Of a stretch of 64,000 nucleotides of DNA, positions 1 through 9,276 are shown piece by piece. The position numbers were made by a program, and so were the translations under genes. Positions within the stretch are counted from its first letter, which is position 1. Each line of letters opens with the position of its first letter. The DNA is from Myxococcota bacterium (lineage in GTDB: Bacteria; Myxococcota_A; UBA796; CAJQPC01), in assembly GCA_036229005.1 (NCBI GenBank), contig JAZAMN010000070.1:22267-86266 (forward strand), given 5' to 3'. The notes below the pieces were generated by a model that saw only the letters and a list, made by a program, of their open reading frames with translations, did no database searches and was not told the DNA's origin.

Positions 1-2
1 AG

Positions 3-3000
3 CGCCTGAGCGGCCCCGTCGAGTCCGAGGTGGACGCCTACCAGGCCGCCCTGGAGCGTTTCCAGGGGCGGATGAGCGAGTTCAACGCGGATGTCCGGGC
101 CATCGTCGACCAGATGGAGTTCGAGGAGCGTGAGCGCCTTACGCTCATGTACAACGACAACATCGACGAGCTCGAGGCCTCCGAGCAGGACCTGCGGGAG
201 TTGGCCATCCAGCGCCTGGAGTACTTCCTGCAGAAGTACCCGGACACCGAGTACACCCCCCACGTCATGTTCCGCCTCGCGCAGCTCTACGTGGAGGTCG
301 CCTACGTCGACTGGTTGACCGCAGCGCAGGAGTACACCGAGCTCGAGATGGCCACCCCGGAGGACGAGCAGCTCTTCCTGCCCGACCCCCCGCGCATCGA
401 CTACGGCAAGGCCCTCACCCTCTACGAGGGCATCATCGCCAAGCACCCTGGGTACGAGTACCTCGACGGCACCTACTACATGATGGGGTTCATCTACTTC
501 GACTCGAACTCGGTGCAGGCCGAGGAGTGGGAGTCCGAGGACCTCGCCCGCGAGTACTTCCAGAAGCTCGTCACGGAGTTCCCCGAGAGCCCCTTCGCCA
601 TCGACGGCAACTACATCCTGGGGGATCTGCACTTCGCCAACAACGAGATCGAAGAGGCCATCCCCTACTTCCAGGCCGTCGTCGACCGCCCCCCCAGTGA
701 GAACCAGCGCTACGACGAAGGCGTCTACATGCTGGCCTGGTCGCACTACAAGCTCAGCAACTACCGAAAGACCCTGGACCTGTTCACCGGCCTGCTGGAC
801 TACAGCGAGGAGTCCTTCAAGGAGTCGGGCAACGAGTCCCCGCTGCGGCCCGAGGCCGTCAGGTATGCGGCCATCACCTTCTCCGACCTCGCGGACAAGT
901 CGGTCACCCTTGAGGATCCCGACTGGCGCGAGTACTCCGGCGAGGACATGGAGGGCGTCTCCTCCCTCTTCGACACCATGGGGCTTGGGCAGCAGCAGGC
1001 GACCCCGGTCGAGGTCACAGCGGCCTGGTTCAAGCTGGTGGGCCCCCGCAAGTACGAGGCTGATCTCTACAAGGCGCTGGCCGAGGTCCTGGTCGAGCAG
1101 GCCCGCTACGAAGAGGCGATCGCCACCTACGAGGCCATCCAGACCAACTGGCCCAACGACCCCGACAACCCCACCTTCCAGTGGGAGGTCACGCGCCTCT
1201 ACCTCAACCTGCCGATCCCCGACACCGCCGGGCAGTCCCAGGCGCAGGCCGTCCTCAACGAGCGCTACAGCGAGGAGTCCGCGTGGTGGGAGGCCAACCG
1301 CAACAACCCCGACGCTCAGGCAACAGCCCGGCGCTACATCGAGCAGTCGCTCTACAACGTCGCTGTGGAGTACCACCTGCGCGCTCAGCGCACAGGCAGT
1401 GTCGAGGACTACTCCCGCGCCGCTGACGGCTACCGGGACTACCTCCAGAAGTTCCCCTTCGCGGACAACTACTACGAGGTCCAGTGGTACCTGGCGGACA
1501 CCCTCTACGCCTCTGGGCGCTATGAGGAGGCCGAGGGCGAGTACCTGCAGCTCCTCAAGGCCGGTGGCCACCCCTACATGGATGGCACCCAGTACCAGCT
1601 CTTCATGGTCCGGCTCAAGCGCCTGGAGGCCGCCTTCGGCAACGTCGCCGTGGTCCCCGATGACGCCGTCGTCGACCGGGTCGAGAAGACCCAGACCGGC
1701 GATGACCGCAACATCTACAGGGTGGGGGAGCTCCAGCAGGCCTTCATCGAGGCCGCCGACGGCATGCGCGCTCACGAGTTCAAGGACCAGGCCTATCTGG
1801 ACGCCGCGACTGAGAACATGTCCGCGGCCGCCTACATCCCCGCGCAGATCTACTTCAAGCACGGAGACTACGCAGCGGCACGTCCGCGCCTCGAGCACAT
1901 CATCGAGACCTACTGCCGCACGGACGAGGGTGCCTTCGCCCAGGACATGATGGTCAAGACCTACGTGAACGAGGGCGATCTCGAGAAGGTGGTGGAGCTG
2001 ACCCGTCTCTACATCCCCATGGGCTGTGGTGAGACCAACGGCGGTCAGATCAGCGGGGAGTTCCGGAACCTCCAGGCCGGCGCCTCCTACAAGCTCGCCG
2101 ACAAGCTCTACGACGCCGGGGACTACCTCGGCGCCGCCCAGGCCTTCATGGAGTACCGCAGCACCTACGACGAGTACCAGAAGGAGGCCCTGTTCTCCGC
2201 GGCCAATGCCTACGAGCTCGGCGGAAAGGCGGACGAGGCCAACAAGCTCTTCGAGCAGTACATCAACGAGTACCCCGACGACGAGAACTCGGCGGGGCTC
2301 TACTTCCGTATCGCAACCAACTACGCCCAGATCCTGGAGCTGGACAAGTCGGTCACCTACTACGAGAACCTGTACCGCTACTTTGGTCCAGGCTCTCGCT
2401 ACGCCCAGAAGAACGGCGGCAAGGCCGACCCCAACGCCTCCGCGGCCCTCTACATGGCGGGCTTCCTGCGCACGGGAATGGGCGACCACAAGGGCGCGGC
2501 CGAGAACTTCCTCCGCTATGCCCAGCAGTTCCCCGAGGCTGCGGACGCAGAGCAGGTCCGTTGGTTGGCCACGGACGAGTGGGCCAAGGTCGGAGACCGC
2601 GAGGGCCGCGCCGCCTACCAGGACTACCTCAAGTGGTCCTCCCAGAACGGCGACCCCAAGCCTGATCACGTCATCGACGCCCACTACTGGCTGGTCCAGT
2701 ACTACCAGCGCCAGGGAGACAGGCGCCGCGAGGAGGCCGCCTGGGAGGAGCTCTCCAAGGCCTACGCGAGCCTCGCCTCCGCGGGCCGGATCAACAAGAG
2801 CTCTGTCGCCGCCAACCGCGCCGCAGAGGCCGCGTTCCGGGACCTCGAGGCCAGGTACAACGACTTCGCCGACGACGACTACCCGCGCAAGCAGGACTCT
2901 GAGACCCTCAAGGCCTTCCTGCTGGACGAGGGCTCCAAGCTCGACGAGTACATCGAGATCGAGAAGGGCGCCCTCAAGATCATCGAGACCTACGGCGACT

Positions 3001-3488
3001 TCGAATACAGCTCCGCCGCCATCTACATCTGGGGCAAGGCCTACCTGCGGATGGCTGAGTACCTCTTCAACGCGCCCATGCCCACGGACCTCGCCAAGCT
3101 CGCTCAGGGCGACGAGGACCTGCTCTGGGAGCTCGAGGTCGCCTGGCAGGATGCACTCTCCGAGCAGGCCATTCCCCTGGAGGAGAAGGCCATCGCCCGC
3201 TTCGAGGCCAACCTGGCCAAGTCCAAGGCCGAGAAGCGCAGCTCCGTGTGGATCGACAAGTCCATCGAGGCCCTCAACGGCATCAACCCCTCCGAGTACC
3301 CCCTGGAGAAGGCCGAGCTCCGTGGCCAGGCCGAAGCCGAGGTCATCCCCTCCGCCGACCAGCCGGTCCAGCAGCCTGATCCAGAGGAGGAGGAGGCTCT
3401 CAAGTCGGACGACACGGAGGCTTCCACCACCCAGGACTCTGGTGAGAGTGCCTGGGGAGCCGCTCAGCCCGAGGGAGGTGACCAGTGA
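3..3488 (+). CDS. Large TPR protein, GltD/AgmU-like gliding-motility/envelope motor component (5'-truncated)
   Basis: Frame is open from the window start; >1150 aa of acidic TPR/YfiO-like repeats (e.g. YLDGTYYMMGFIY, ALFSAANAYE); lies upstream of GltE/GltF/ExbBD/GltG-like genes. Confidence 0.75.
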   Translation, partial: RLSGPVESEVDAYQAALERFQGRMSEFNADVRAIVDQMEFEERERLTLMYNDNIDELEASEQDLRELAIQRLEYFLQKYPDTEYTPHVMFRLAQLYVEVAYVDWLTAAQEYTELEMATPEDEQLFLPDPPRIDYGKALTLYEGIIAKHPGYEYLDGTYYMMGFIYFDSNSVQAEEWESEDLAREYFQKLVTEFPESPFAIDGNYILGDLHFANNEIEEAIPYFQAVVDRPPSENQRYDEGVYMLAWSHYKLSNYRKTLDLFTGLLDYSEESFKESGNESPLRPEAVRYAAITFSDLADKSVTLEDPDWREYSGEDMEGVSSLFDTMGLGQQQATPVEVTAAWFKLVGPRKYEADLYKALAEVLVEQARYEEAIATYEAIQTNWPNDPDNPTFQWEVTRLYLNLPIPDTAGQSQAQAVLNERYSEESAWWEANRNNPDAQATARRYIEQSLYNVAVEYHLRAQRTGSVEDYSRAADGYRDYLQKFPFADNYYEVQWYLADTLYASGRYEEAEGEYLQLLKAGGHPYMDGTQYQLFMVRLKRLEAAFGNVAVVPDDAVVDRVEKTQTGDDRNIYRVGELQQAFIEAADGMRAHEFKDQAYLDAATENMSAAAYIPAQIYFKHGDYAAARPRLEHIIETYCRTDEGAFAQDMMVKTYVNEGDLEKVVELTRLYIPMGCGETNGGQISGEFRNLQAGASYKLADKLYDAGDYLGAAQAFMEYRSTYDEYQKEALFSAANAYELGGKADEANKLFEQYINEYPDDENSAGLYFRIATNYAQILELDKSVTYYENLYRYFGPGSRYAQKNGGKADPNASAALYMAGFLRTGMGDHKGAAENFLRYAQQFPEAADAEQVRWLATDEWAKVGDREGRAAYQDYLKWSSQNGDPKPDHVIDAHYWLVQYYQRQGDRRREEAAWEELSKAYASLASAGRINKSSVAANRAAEAAFRDLEARYNDFADDDYPRKQDSETLKAFLLDEGSKLDEYIEIEKGALKIIETYGDFEYSSAAIYIWGKAYLRMAEYLFNAPMPTDLAKLAQGDEDLLWELEVAWQDALSEQAIPLEEKAIARFEANLAKSKAEKRSSVWIDKSIEALNGINPSEYPLEKAELRGQAEAEVIPSADQPVQQPDPEEEEALKSDDTEASTTQDSGESAWGAAQPEGGDQ

Positions 3489-4852
3489 TGCTCTTTTCCC
3501 TGCTCTTTGTCGGCTGTCCCAAGCCGGTGGAGGTCGAGCCCCCTGTCACCACCGTCGAGTCGGTGCAGGGGACCGAGACCCCCGATGCCTGGGGCGTTGA
3601 GACCCCGAGCTCTCGGGGCCCTGTGCTCTCACCGGAGCAGCAGTCCCGCGCCAGCGTCAACGAGGCCGTCGCCTTGCTGACCAACAAGGACAACGCCCCG
3701 CAGGTGGCCAAGATGTTGGAGGAGGTCACCCAGGCCGATCCCAACAACCTCTACGCGTGGTTCAACCTCGGGCTGGCCTACGAAGCCCAGGAGGACATGG
3801 TTCGCGCCGCGACGGCCTACAACCGGGTGCTCCAGATCGACGACAGCTACGGGCCTGCCTACGTCAACCTCGCCGCCATGACCTTGGCGCAGGGGAGGGC
3901 GGTCGAGGCCGAGCGCCAGTACCGCGAGGGGCTCAAGCGCGTCCCCGATGAGATGGACCTCTGGGCCGGCCTGGTCGCCTCGCTGCGCGCTCAGGGCCGC
4001 TACGCCGACGCCGAGAACGAGGCCCGCAAGGCGCTCCAGATCGACTCCAACGCCAAGCAGGTCTACGCCGTGCTCGGCATGGTCTACGTCGACACCGACC
4101 GCCTGGATCTCGCCAACTTCATCGTCCAGAAGGCCCTCACAACCGTCCAGGGGGGCAATGACGCCCCGCTCTATCTGGTGCTGGGCCGCGTCTACCAGAT
4201 GCAGGACAAGCCGCTGTCCGCCAGGGACAACTACCTCAAGGCCCTGGAGATGGACCCCAACCTGGTGGCCGCCCGGATCTGGTTGTCCGACTACTACCTG
4301 GACAACCGGAACTTCGAGGACACCGTCCCGCTCCTGGAGACCGCGCGCGAGCTGGATCCCGACGAGCCCGCGATCTACTACAACCTGGGCATCGCCTACC
4401 GCGGGGTCGGTCGCTACGAGGACTCCGCCAAGGCCTACCAGACCGCGCTCACGCTCAACCCTGAGAGCCCCGAGCCGCACCTGAACCTGGGGATCCTCTA
4501 CGGGGACTACCTCAAGCAGTACGACCTCGCGGTCGGCGAGTACGAGAAGTACAAGTCGGCCGGCGGTGACGCCACCTTGGCGGATGGCTACATCGAGGCC
4601 ACGCTCAAGGAGCAGAAGAAGGTCCAGATGCTCGAGGAGCGCCGCAAGAAGCTTGAGGCGCGCAAGAAGGCCCAGGAGGAGGCAGCCCAGAAGAAGGCCG
4701 CCGAGGAGGCCGCTGCAGCCCAGCAGCCCGCTGAGCCCGAGCCTGCACCCGAGCCCGAGCCTGCCCCCGAGCCCGAGCCTGCCCCCGAACCTGTCGAAGA
4801 GTCGGGTACAGAGGAAGAGGCCGCCCCCAGCCCCTGGGGTGGTGCCCAATGA
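3485..4852 (+). CDS. TPR lipoprotein, GltE/AglT-like
   Basis: Lipobox LFVGC; many TPRs (AWFNLGLAY, YYNLGIAY, HLNLGILY); coiled coil and PAPEPE tail; GTGA overlap with the upstream gene. Confidence 0.75.
   Translation: MMLFSLLFVGCPKPVEVEPPVTTVESVQGTETPDAWGVETPSSRGPVLSPEQQSRASVNEAVALLTNKDNAPQVAKMLEEVTQADPNNLYAWFNLGLAYEAQEDMVRAATAYNRVLQIDDSYGPAYVNLAAMTLAQGRAVEAERQYREGLKRVPDEMDLWAGLVASLRAQGRYADAENEARKALQIDSNAKQVYAVLGMVYVDTDRLDLANFIVQKALTTVQGGNDAPLYLVLGRVYQMQDKPLSARDNYLKALEMDPNLVAARIWLSDYYLDNRNFEDTVPLLETARELDPDEPAIYYNLGIAYRGVGRYEDSAKAYQTALTLNPESPEPHLNLGILYGDYLKQYDLAVGEYEKYKSAGGDATLADGYIEATLKEQKKVQMLEERRKKLEARKKAQEEAAQKKAAEEAAAAQQPAEPEPAPEPEPAPEPEPAPEPVEESGTEEEAAPSPWGGAQ
4733..4792 (+). repeat. 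18-bp coding tandem repeat (~3.3 copies) encoding EPEPAP
   Basis: GAGCCCGAGCCTGC(A/C)CCC three times, read directly. Confidence 0.9.
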
Positions 4853-4875
4853 GCCTGGAGAAGGAGAAGCGGAAA

Positions 4876-5115
4876 ATGCGCCGACAGATCATCGCTGCAA
4901 CCCTCTCGATCCTGGGTGCTGGCCTCATCGCCTCCAGCGCTGTGGCCCAATCCCAGGTCACCATGTTCGAAGCCGAGGAGATCGTCGGCGAGGTGCAGCT
5001 GCCCTCCGTCCAGATCTTCGTGACCCGGCAGAACCTCAACACCGACTACGACCTGGAGCTGGAGGAGTCCTTCCTGCCCAAGATCGTGGAGTCGGTGGAA
5101 GAGCGACCTTTCTGA
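4876..5115 (+). CDS. Small secreted protein, GltF/CglF-like
   Basis: SD AAGGAG before ATG 4876 (alternative start 4849); signal peptide ending AVA; FEAEEIVGEVQLP...ESFLPKIVESV resembles CglF; follows the GltE-like gene. Confidence 0.65.
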   Translation: MRRQIIAATLSILGAGLIASSAVAQSQVTMFEAEEIVGEVQLPSVQIFVTRQNLNTDYDLELEESFLPKIVESVEERPF

Positions 5116-5151
5116 GCGGCAAGGGCCCAGTGGGTCCTCGCATGCACCCAG

Positions 5152-5180
5152 AGCCCGGCCCAGTGCCGGGCTTTCTGCTT
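5152..5180 (+). terminator. Probable intrinsic terminator
   Basis: Stem AGCCCGGC/GCCGGGCT followed by TTCTGCTT. Confidence 0.5.
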
Positions 5181-5529
5181 CCTTGGAGGGTGCGAACGGG
5201 CGTGCGCGCCGCCTGGATCAATGCCCCCCGCCCCCCCTCCCGAAAAACTTGGCGGGGGAGGGGAGTGGGCATTGCACATTCTCGACAAACCCGCATGCCT
5301 GCGCGATGTCAAGGGGAACAGGTCCTTCATCCGGCCTGGCTCGAAGCCCCGTCAACCCGCCGCTGACGGTCTCTTCACAATCCCCTCGTGAAAGAGCACC
5401 GCCACTGTTGTAGATTGCCGGGGTCCTGAAACACCTCGCCCAAATGAGGGAGCCAATCGGCATGACAGGACGCCTTGCCCAATAAAGGGCTCCCTCAACC
5501 AATACACCCCCCTCGGAGGTTGACTCCTC

Positions 5530-6189
5530 ATGAACTGGCTCGTCGACGCCATGCAGAAGGGCGGCCCCTTCATGTGGCCGCTTCTCGGGATCGCTGTTTT
5601 CGCCCTCGCCATCTCGGCTGAGCGCTTCTACTACATCCTGTTCCGCGCCAACATCAACGGCACCGCGTTCTTCGCCCAGATCCAGAAGCTGATCATGGCG
5701 AACAACATCGACCGCGCCATCAAGCTGTGCAACGCGGAGCCCAACGCGGCCCTGCCTCGCGTGCTCAAGAGCGGTCTCACCCGTGCGAACCGGAGCGACA
5801 CCGAGATCCAGAACGCTGTTGAGGAGGCAATCCTCGAGGTGTTCCCCCAGCTCGGCAAGCGCACCAACTACCTGTCCATGCTGGCCAACGTCGCTACCCT
5901 GACCGGTCTGCTCGGCACCATCCAGGGTCTGATCCTGGCGTTCGAGGCGGTGGCCCACGCCTCCGCTGAGACCAAGCAGACCCTGCTGGCCGCCGGTATC
6001 TCCACCGCGATGTTCACCACGATGTCCGGTCTGATCGTTGCTATCCCGACCCTGCTGTTCGCCAGCATCATCGTGGACCGCACCACCAAGATCATGGACG
6101 ACGTGGACCAGTACGCCCTCAAGACGGTCAACCTGTTGGCTGCTCGTCGTCGTGGCACGCTGGATCAGAAGGACGCCGCTGGCGCCTGA
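5530..6189 (+). CDS. aglR: MotA/TolQ/ExbB proton channel protein (AglR-like)
   Basis: GGPFMWPL, ERFYY, ANVATLTGLLGTIQGLI, GISTAMFTTMSGLIVAIP; SD GGAGGT. Confidence 0.9.
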   Translation: MNWLVDAMQKGGPFMWPLLGIAVFALAISAERFYYILFRANINGTAFFAQIQKLIMANNIDRAIKLCNAEPNAALPRVLKSGLTRANRSDTEIQNAVEEAILEVFPQLGKRTNYLSMLANVATLTGLLGTIQGLILAFEAVAHASAETKQTLLAAGISTAMFTTMSGLIVAIPTLLFASIIVDRTTKIMDDVDQYALKTVNLLAARRRGTLDQKDAAGA

Positions 6190-6274
6190 GCTGATTTCAA
6201 CCTTCTCGGGGCCCGCTCTTGGGCGGGTCCCTCCATCTCGGCACCGCTGAGATCCCCAAGTTGGAGACACCCTG

Positions 6275-6838
6275 ATGGCTGGAAAGGGGCGAAGGGAACA
6301 CCAGGAAGAACCCCTGGATCTTGTTCCTATCATGAACCTCGTCACCATCCTCATCCCCTTCCTGTTGATGTCTGCCCAGTTTGTTTCGCTGGCTGTCATC
6401 GACTCCACGCTGCCGGCCATTGGCCCGCCGCAGGAGACCCAGGAAGAGCCGGATGACGAGCCGCCGCTGATGCTCTCGGTCGCTGTGACCGACCAGGGCT
6501 TCACCATTCTTGGTGACAACGGCGTCGTGACTGGAGAGGCTGAGGAAGGTGGTGAGGAAGCTGCTGAGGGTGAGCCTGAGCCCACCGTGCCCTGCACGGA
6601 GAGGCCCTGCACCTCGGTCGAGTCCTACGACTACGAGGAGCTGACCCGGATGCTCGGCCTGATCAAGGACGAGTACCCGGACGATCAGAACGTCATCCTC
6701 GTTCCCGAGTCTCGCGTGCACTACGAGGTCATCGTTCGCACGATGGACGCAAGCCGCAACGATCCCAAGACCAAGGGCGAGGACGGCTCCTACCGTGAGC
6801 TCTTCCCCTTTGTCGTCATCGCCGGCGGCGCGCAGTAG
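6275..6838 (+). CDS. ExbD/TolR family protein (AglQ position)
   Basis: N-terminal TM LDLVPIMNLVTILIPFLL; periplasmic ExbD-like VILVPESRVHYEVIVRTMDA. Confidence 0.85.
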   Translation: MAGKGRREHQEEPLDLVPIMNLVTILIPFLLMSAQFVSLAVIDSTLPAIGPPQETQEEPDDEPPLMLSVAVTDQGFTILGDNGVVTGEAEEGGEEAAEGEPEPTVPCTERPCTSVESYDYEELTRMLGLIKDEYPDDQNVILVPESRVHYEVIVRTMDASRNDPKTKGEDGSYRELFPFVVIAGGAQ

Positions 6839-6850
6839 GAGCTCAGGTAC

Positions 6851-7381
6851 ATGGCACTCAAGAAGAAGAAGCGCTCGTCGAAGAAGGAAGAGCTCGCGAT
6901 CACTTCGATGATGGACATGATGACCATCATCCTGGTGTTCCTGCTCAAGAGCTACTCGACCACGGAGGTGTCTGTGACGCCTTCTGGGGAGATGGAGCTG
7001 CCTACCTCCACGGCGCAGCAGAACCCCGAGATGGCGGTGCAGCTGCTGGTCTCCAAGACCCAGATCCTGGTCGACGGAGCCCCGGTGCTGAACCTCACCA
7101 CCATGCCGGATGAGCAGAACCCTGGTCAGACCCTTGTCGTCGTCCCTGAGGACGAGAAGAAGGGCCAGATGATCACGGACCTGTACGACGTGCTGCTGGA
7201 CAAGGCCGAGCAGGCCAAGGCCCTGGGCGAGGCCTCGGGCAGCGATGAGCACGCGTTCAAGGGCCGGATCCTCCTGCAGTGTGACAAGACCCTTCCCTTC
7301 TCTGTGATCCGGGAGGTCATGTACACCGCTGGTCAGGCTCAGTTCAGCGAGTTCAAGTTCGTGGTCTACAAGCAGGAGTAA
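6851..7381 (+). CDS. aglS: ExbD/TolR family protein (AglS-like)
   Basis: ITSMMDMMTIILVFLLKSY; ILLQCDKTLPFSVIREVMYTAGQA. Confidence 0.85.
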   Translation: MALKKKKRSSKKEELAITSMMDMMTIILVFLLKSYSTTEVSVTPSGEMELPTSTAQQNPEMAVQLLVSKTQILVDGAPVLNLTTMPDEQNPGQTLVVVPEDEKKGQMITDLYDVLLDKAEQAKALGEASGSDEHAFKGRILLQCDKTLPFSVIREVMYTAGQAQFSEFKFVVYKQE

Positions 7382-7404
7382 TCCCCTGCTTTCCACGGGG
7401 AGAT

Positions 7405-7440
7405 GGGCGGGGTCGGCCGTGTGCCGGCTTCGCCCTTCTT
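7405..7440 (+). terminator. Probable intrinsic terminator
   Basis: GGGCGGGGTCGGC/GCCGGCTTCGCCC hairpin followed by TTCTT. Confidence 0.45.
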
Positions 7441-7657
7441 CGGTTCAGGCTCCAGGCCTCAAGCCAAGGGCTGAATGTCCGATCATCCCTACATGGGGCT
7501 TGCATGCGGTCTGATGCGGCGGGCCGGCCCCCAACCCACCTGCTACACTGACGTTGTTGCACTCTGAGGAGCTTTTGGTGAACCCAATCGGGAACAAATG
7601 GTCTGACGGGACGAAGGCGCGGTCGCCTTCTTGCAGCACTCATCGGGGATTCTAGGA

Positions 7658-9055
7658 ATGGCGAAGGCAAAGCGACAGACTCCTCCCCCCCTGCCCAAGG
7701 TGCTCCGCATTGGAGTCGTTCAGGACGGGAAGATCGTCCAGGAACGGCTCATCAAGGCGGGCGAAGCTGTGACAGTGGGCGAGTCCACGAAGAATTCCTT
7801 CGTGTTCCCCCCGACCAGCTTGCCGAAGCGCTACCAGATCTTCCAGCCCAAGAAGGGTGGGGGCTACATCCTCCACTTCACCGATGGGATGGAAGGGAAG
7901 ATCTCGTACAAGAACGCGATCGTCCCGCTGGAGCAGCTCAAGCAGCGCGGAGACGCGGTCCGGAAGGGGACTGACTACGTCCTGCCCCTGAGCGAAGGCA
8001 ACCGCGGCAAGGTCACGGTGGATGGGATCACCATCCTCTTCCAGTTCGTTCCTCCCCCTCCGGAGCCGCTGGCTGCGAAGGGCTCGATGGACTTCCGCCC
8101 CAAGCTGATCGACGACGACGACCCGGTCTTCTTTGGATTCCTGGGTCTGTTCACGGCGCTCGCGACCGTCCTGATGATCTACGTCTACACCGCCGAGCCG
8201 GTGGAGCGCGTCGACATCCAGGAGATCCCGGATCGCTTCACCGAGGTCATCCTGGAGCCTACCGAGCCCCCCGAGGAGATCGAGGTGCCGGAGCCCGAGG
8301 TCGACCCCAACGCCGAGGGCGAGAAGGTCAAGCGCAACGACGCGGACAAGCCTGCGGAGAACGCGGGTGAGAAGGCCAAGGCTGCGCCCAAGAGCGACTC
8401 CGAGCGTCAGGCTGAGGCCGCGGCCCGCAAGGCCAAGGCTCAGGCAGAGGTCGCGAACAACCCGCTGCTGATGGCCATCATCGGTACCCGGGGTGAGTCC
8501 GGCGCGGACGGCAAGGTCCAGGACGTGTTCGGCAGCGATGACTACGCTGGCCAGGATCTGGACGCTGCCCTCGCGACCGTGAACGGACTGGATGTCGCAT
8601 CTGAGGCGACCCTGAAGGCCAAGGAGGGCGCCGGAGGTGGCACCGGCCGCGGTACCGCCAGCATCGGAGAACTCAAGGGCGGTGATGTCGGAAGCACTTC
8701 CGTCGGCAGCGGCCCCGCGACCACTGTCAAGGGCGGTGTGAAGCTGGGTGCCGCTGAGGCGCTCCTCGAAGAGGGCGATGCGACCTCGGTCCAGAAGGTC
8801 GTGCGCAAGTACCAGGGTCAGGTCAAGTACTGCTACGAGGCCCAGCTCAAGACGGATCCCAGCCTGCAGGGCCGCGTCGAGGTCCAGTTCACGGTGGCCA
8901 ATGGCCGCGTTGCCAGCGCCTCGGTCTTCGGCAACACGACTGGCTCCGACGCCCTGGGCAAGTGCATCGTCGGCAAGGTGCGCCGCTGGAAGTTCCCCGC
9001 GGAGATTCAGGGTGACATCGTCTACCCCTTCGTCCTCACGCCCTCCAACGGCTGA
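7658..9055 (+). CDS. GltG/PglI-like TonB-like energy transducer (AgmX/PglI C-terminal domain)
   Basis: Cytoplasmic beta domain (LRIGVVQDGKIVQERLI), one TM, charged and Gly-rich linker, C-terminal VKYCYEAQLKTDPSLQGRVEVQFTV...CIVGKVRRWKFP. Confidence 0.8.
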   Translation: MAKAKRQTPPPLPKVLRIGVVQDGKIVQERLIKAGEAVTVGESTKNSFVFPPTSLPKRYQIFQPKKGGGYILHFTDGMEGKISYKNAIVPLEQLKQRGDAVRKGTDYVLPLSEGNRGKVTVDGITILFQFVPPPPEPLAAKGSMDFRPKLIDDDDPVFFGFLGLFTALATVLMIYVYTAEPVERVDIQEIPDRFTEVILEPTEPPEEIEVPEPEVDPNAEGEKVKRNDADKPAENAGEKAKAAPKSDSERQAEAAARKAKAQAEVANNPLLMAIIGTRGESGADGKVQDVFGSDDYAGQDLDAALATVNGLDVASEATLKAKEGAGGGTGRGTASIGELKGGDVGSTSVGSGPATTVKGGVKLGAAEALLEEGDATSVQKVVRKYQGQVKYCYEAQLKTDPSLQGRVEVQFTVANGRVASASVFGNTTGSDALGKCIVGKVRRWKFPAEIQGDIVYPFVLTPSNG

Positions 9056-9072
9056 GGCCGGCAGACTCTCTC

Positions 9073-9108
9073 AAGAGGGCGCTCCCTGCATGGGGGGCGC
9101 CCTTCTTG
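9073..9108 (+). terminator. Probable intrinsic terminator
   Basis: AAGAGGGCGCTCCC/GGGGGGCGCCCTTCTT hairpin after the stop codon. Confidence 0.55.
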
Positions 9109-9210
9109 CTCTGGGACGCCGCTGTGGAGTTGGTGTCCTGGATCAGCAGTTGTCTCAAGTCTCCCCAGTGGACGTCCGATGATCGAAATGCGAACTCTGT
9201 CCCCTATGGG

Positions 9211-9240
9211 TTGACACCCTGGGCCTTGAGCCACTAGGGT
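9211..9240 (+). promoter_or_regulatory. Putative sigma70-type promoter
   Basis: TTGACA-N18-TAGGGT upstream of SD GGAGG and ATG 9277. Confidence 0.5.
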
Positions 9241-9276
9241 ATAGGGTAGGATATTCAGCACCCTTGGAGGGTCTCC

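Noticed and set aside
7575..7632. GGTGAACCC...GGGACGAAGGC resembling a c-di-GMP-I riboswitch before the GltG-like gene
   Set aside because: Lacks the GNRA tetraloop, the GCAAA junction and the P3 receptor; the resemblance is too weak without a cmscan result
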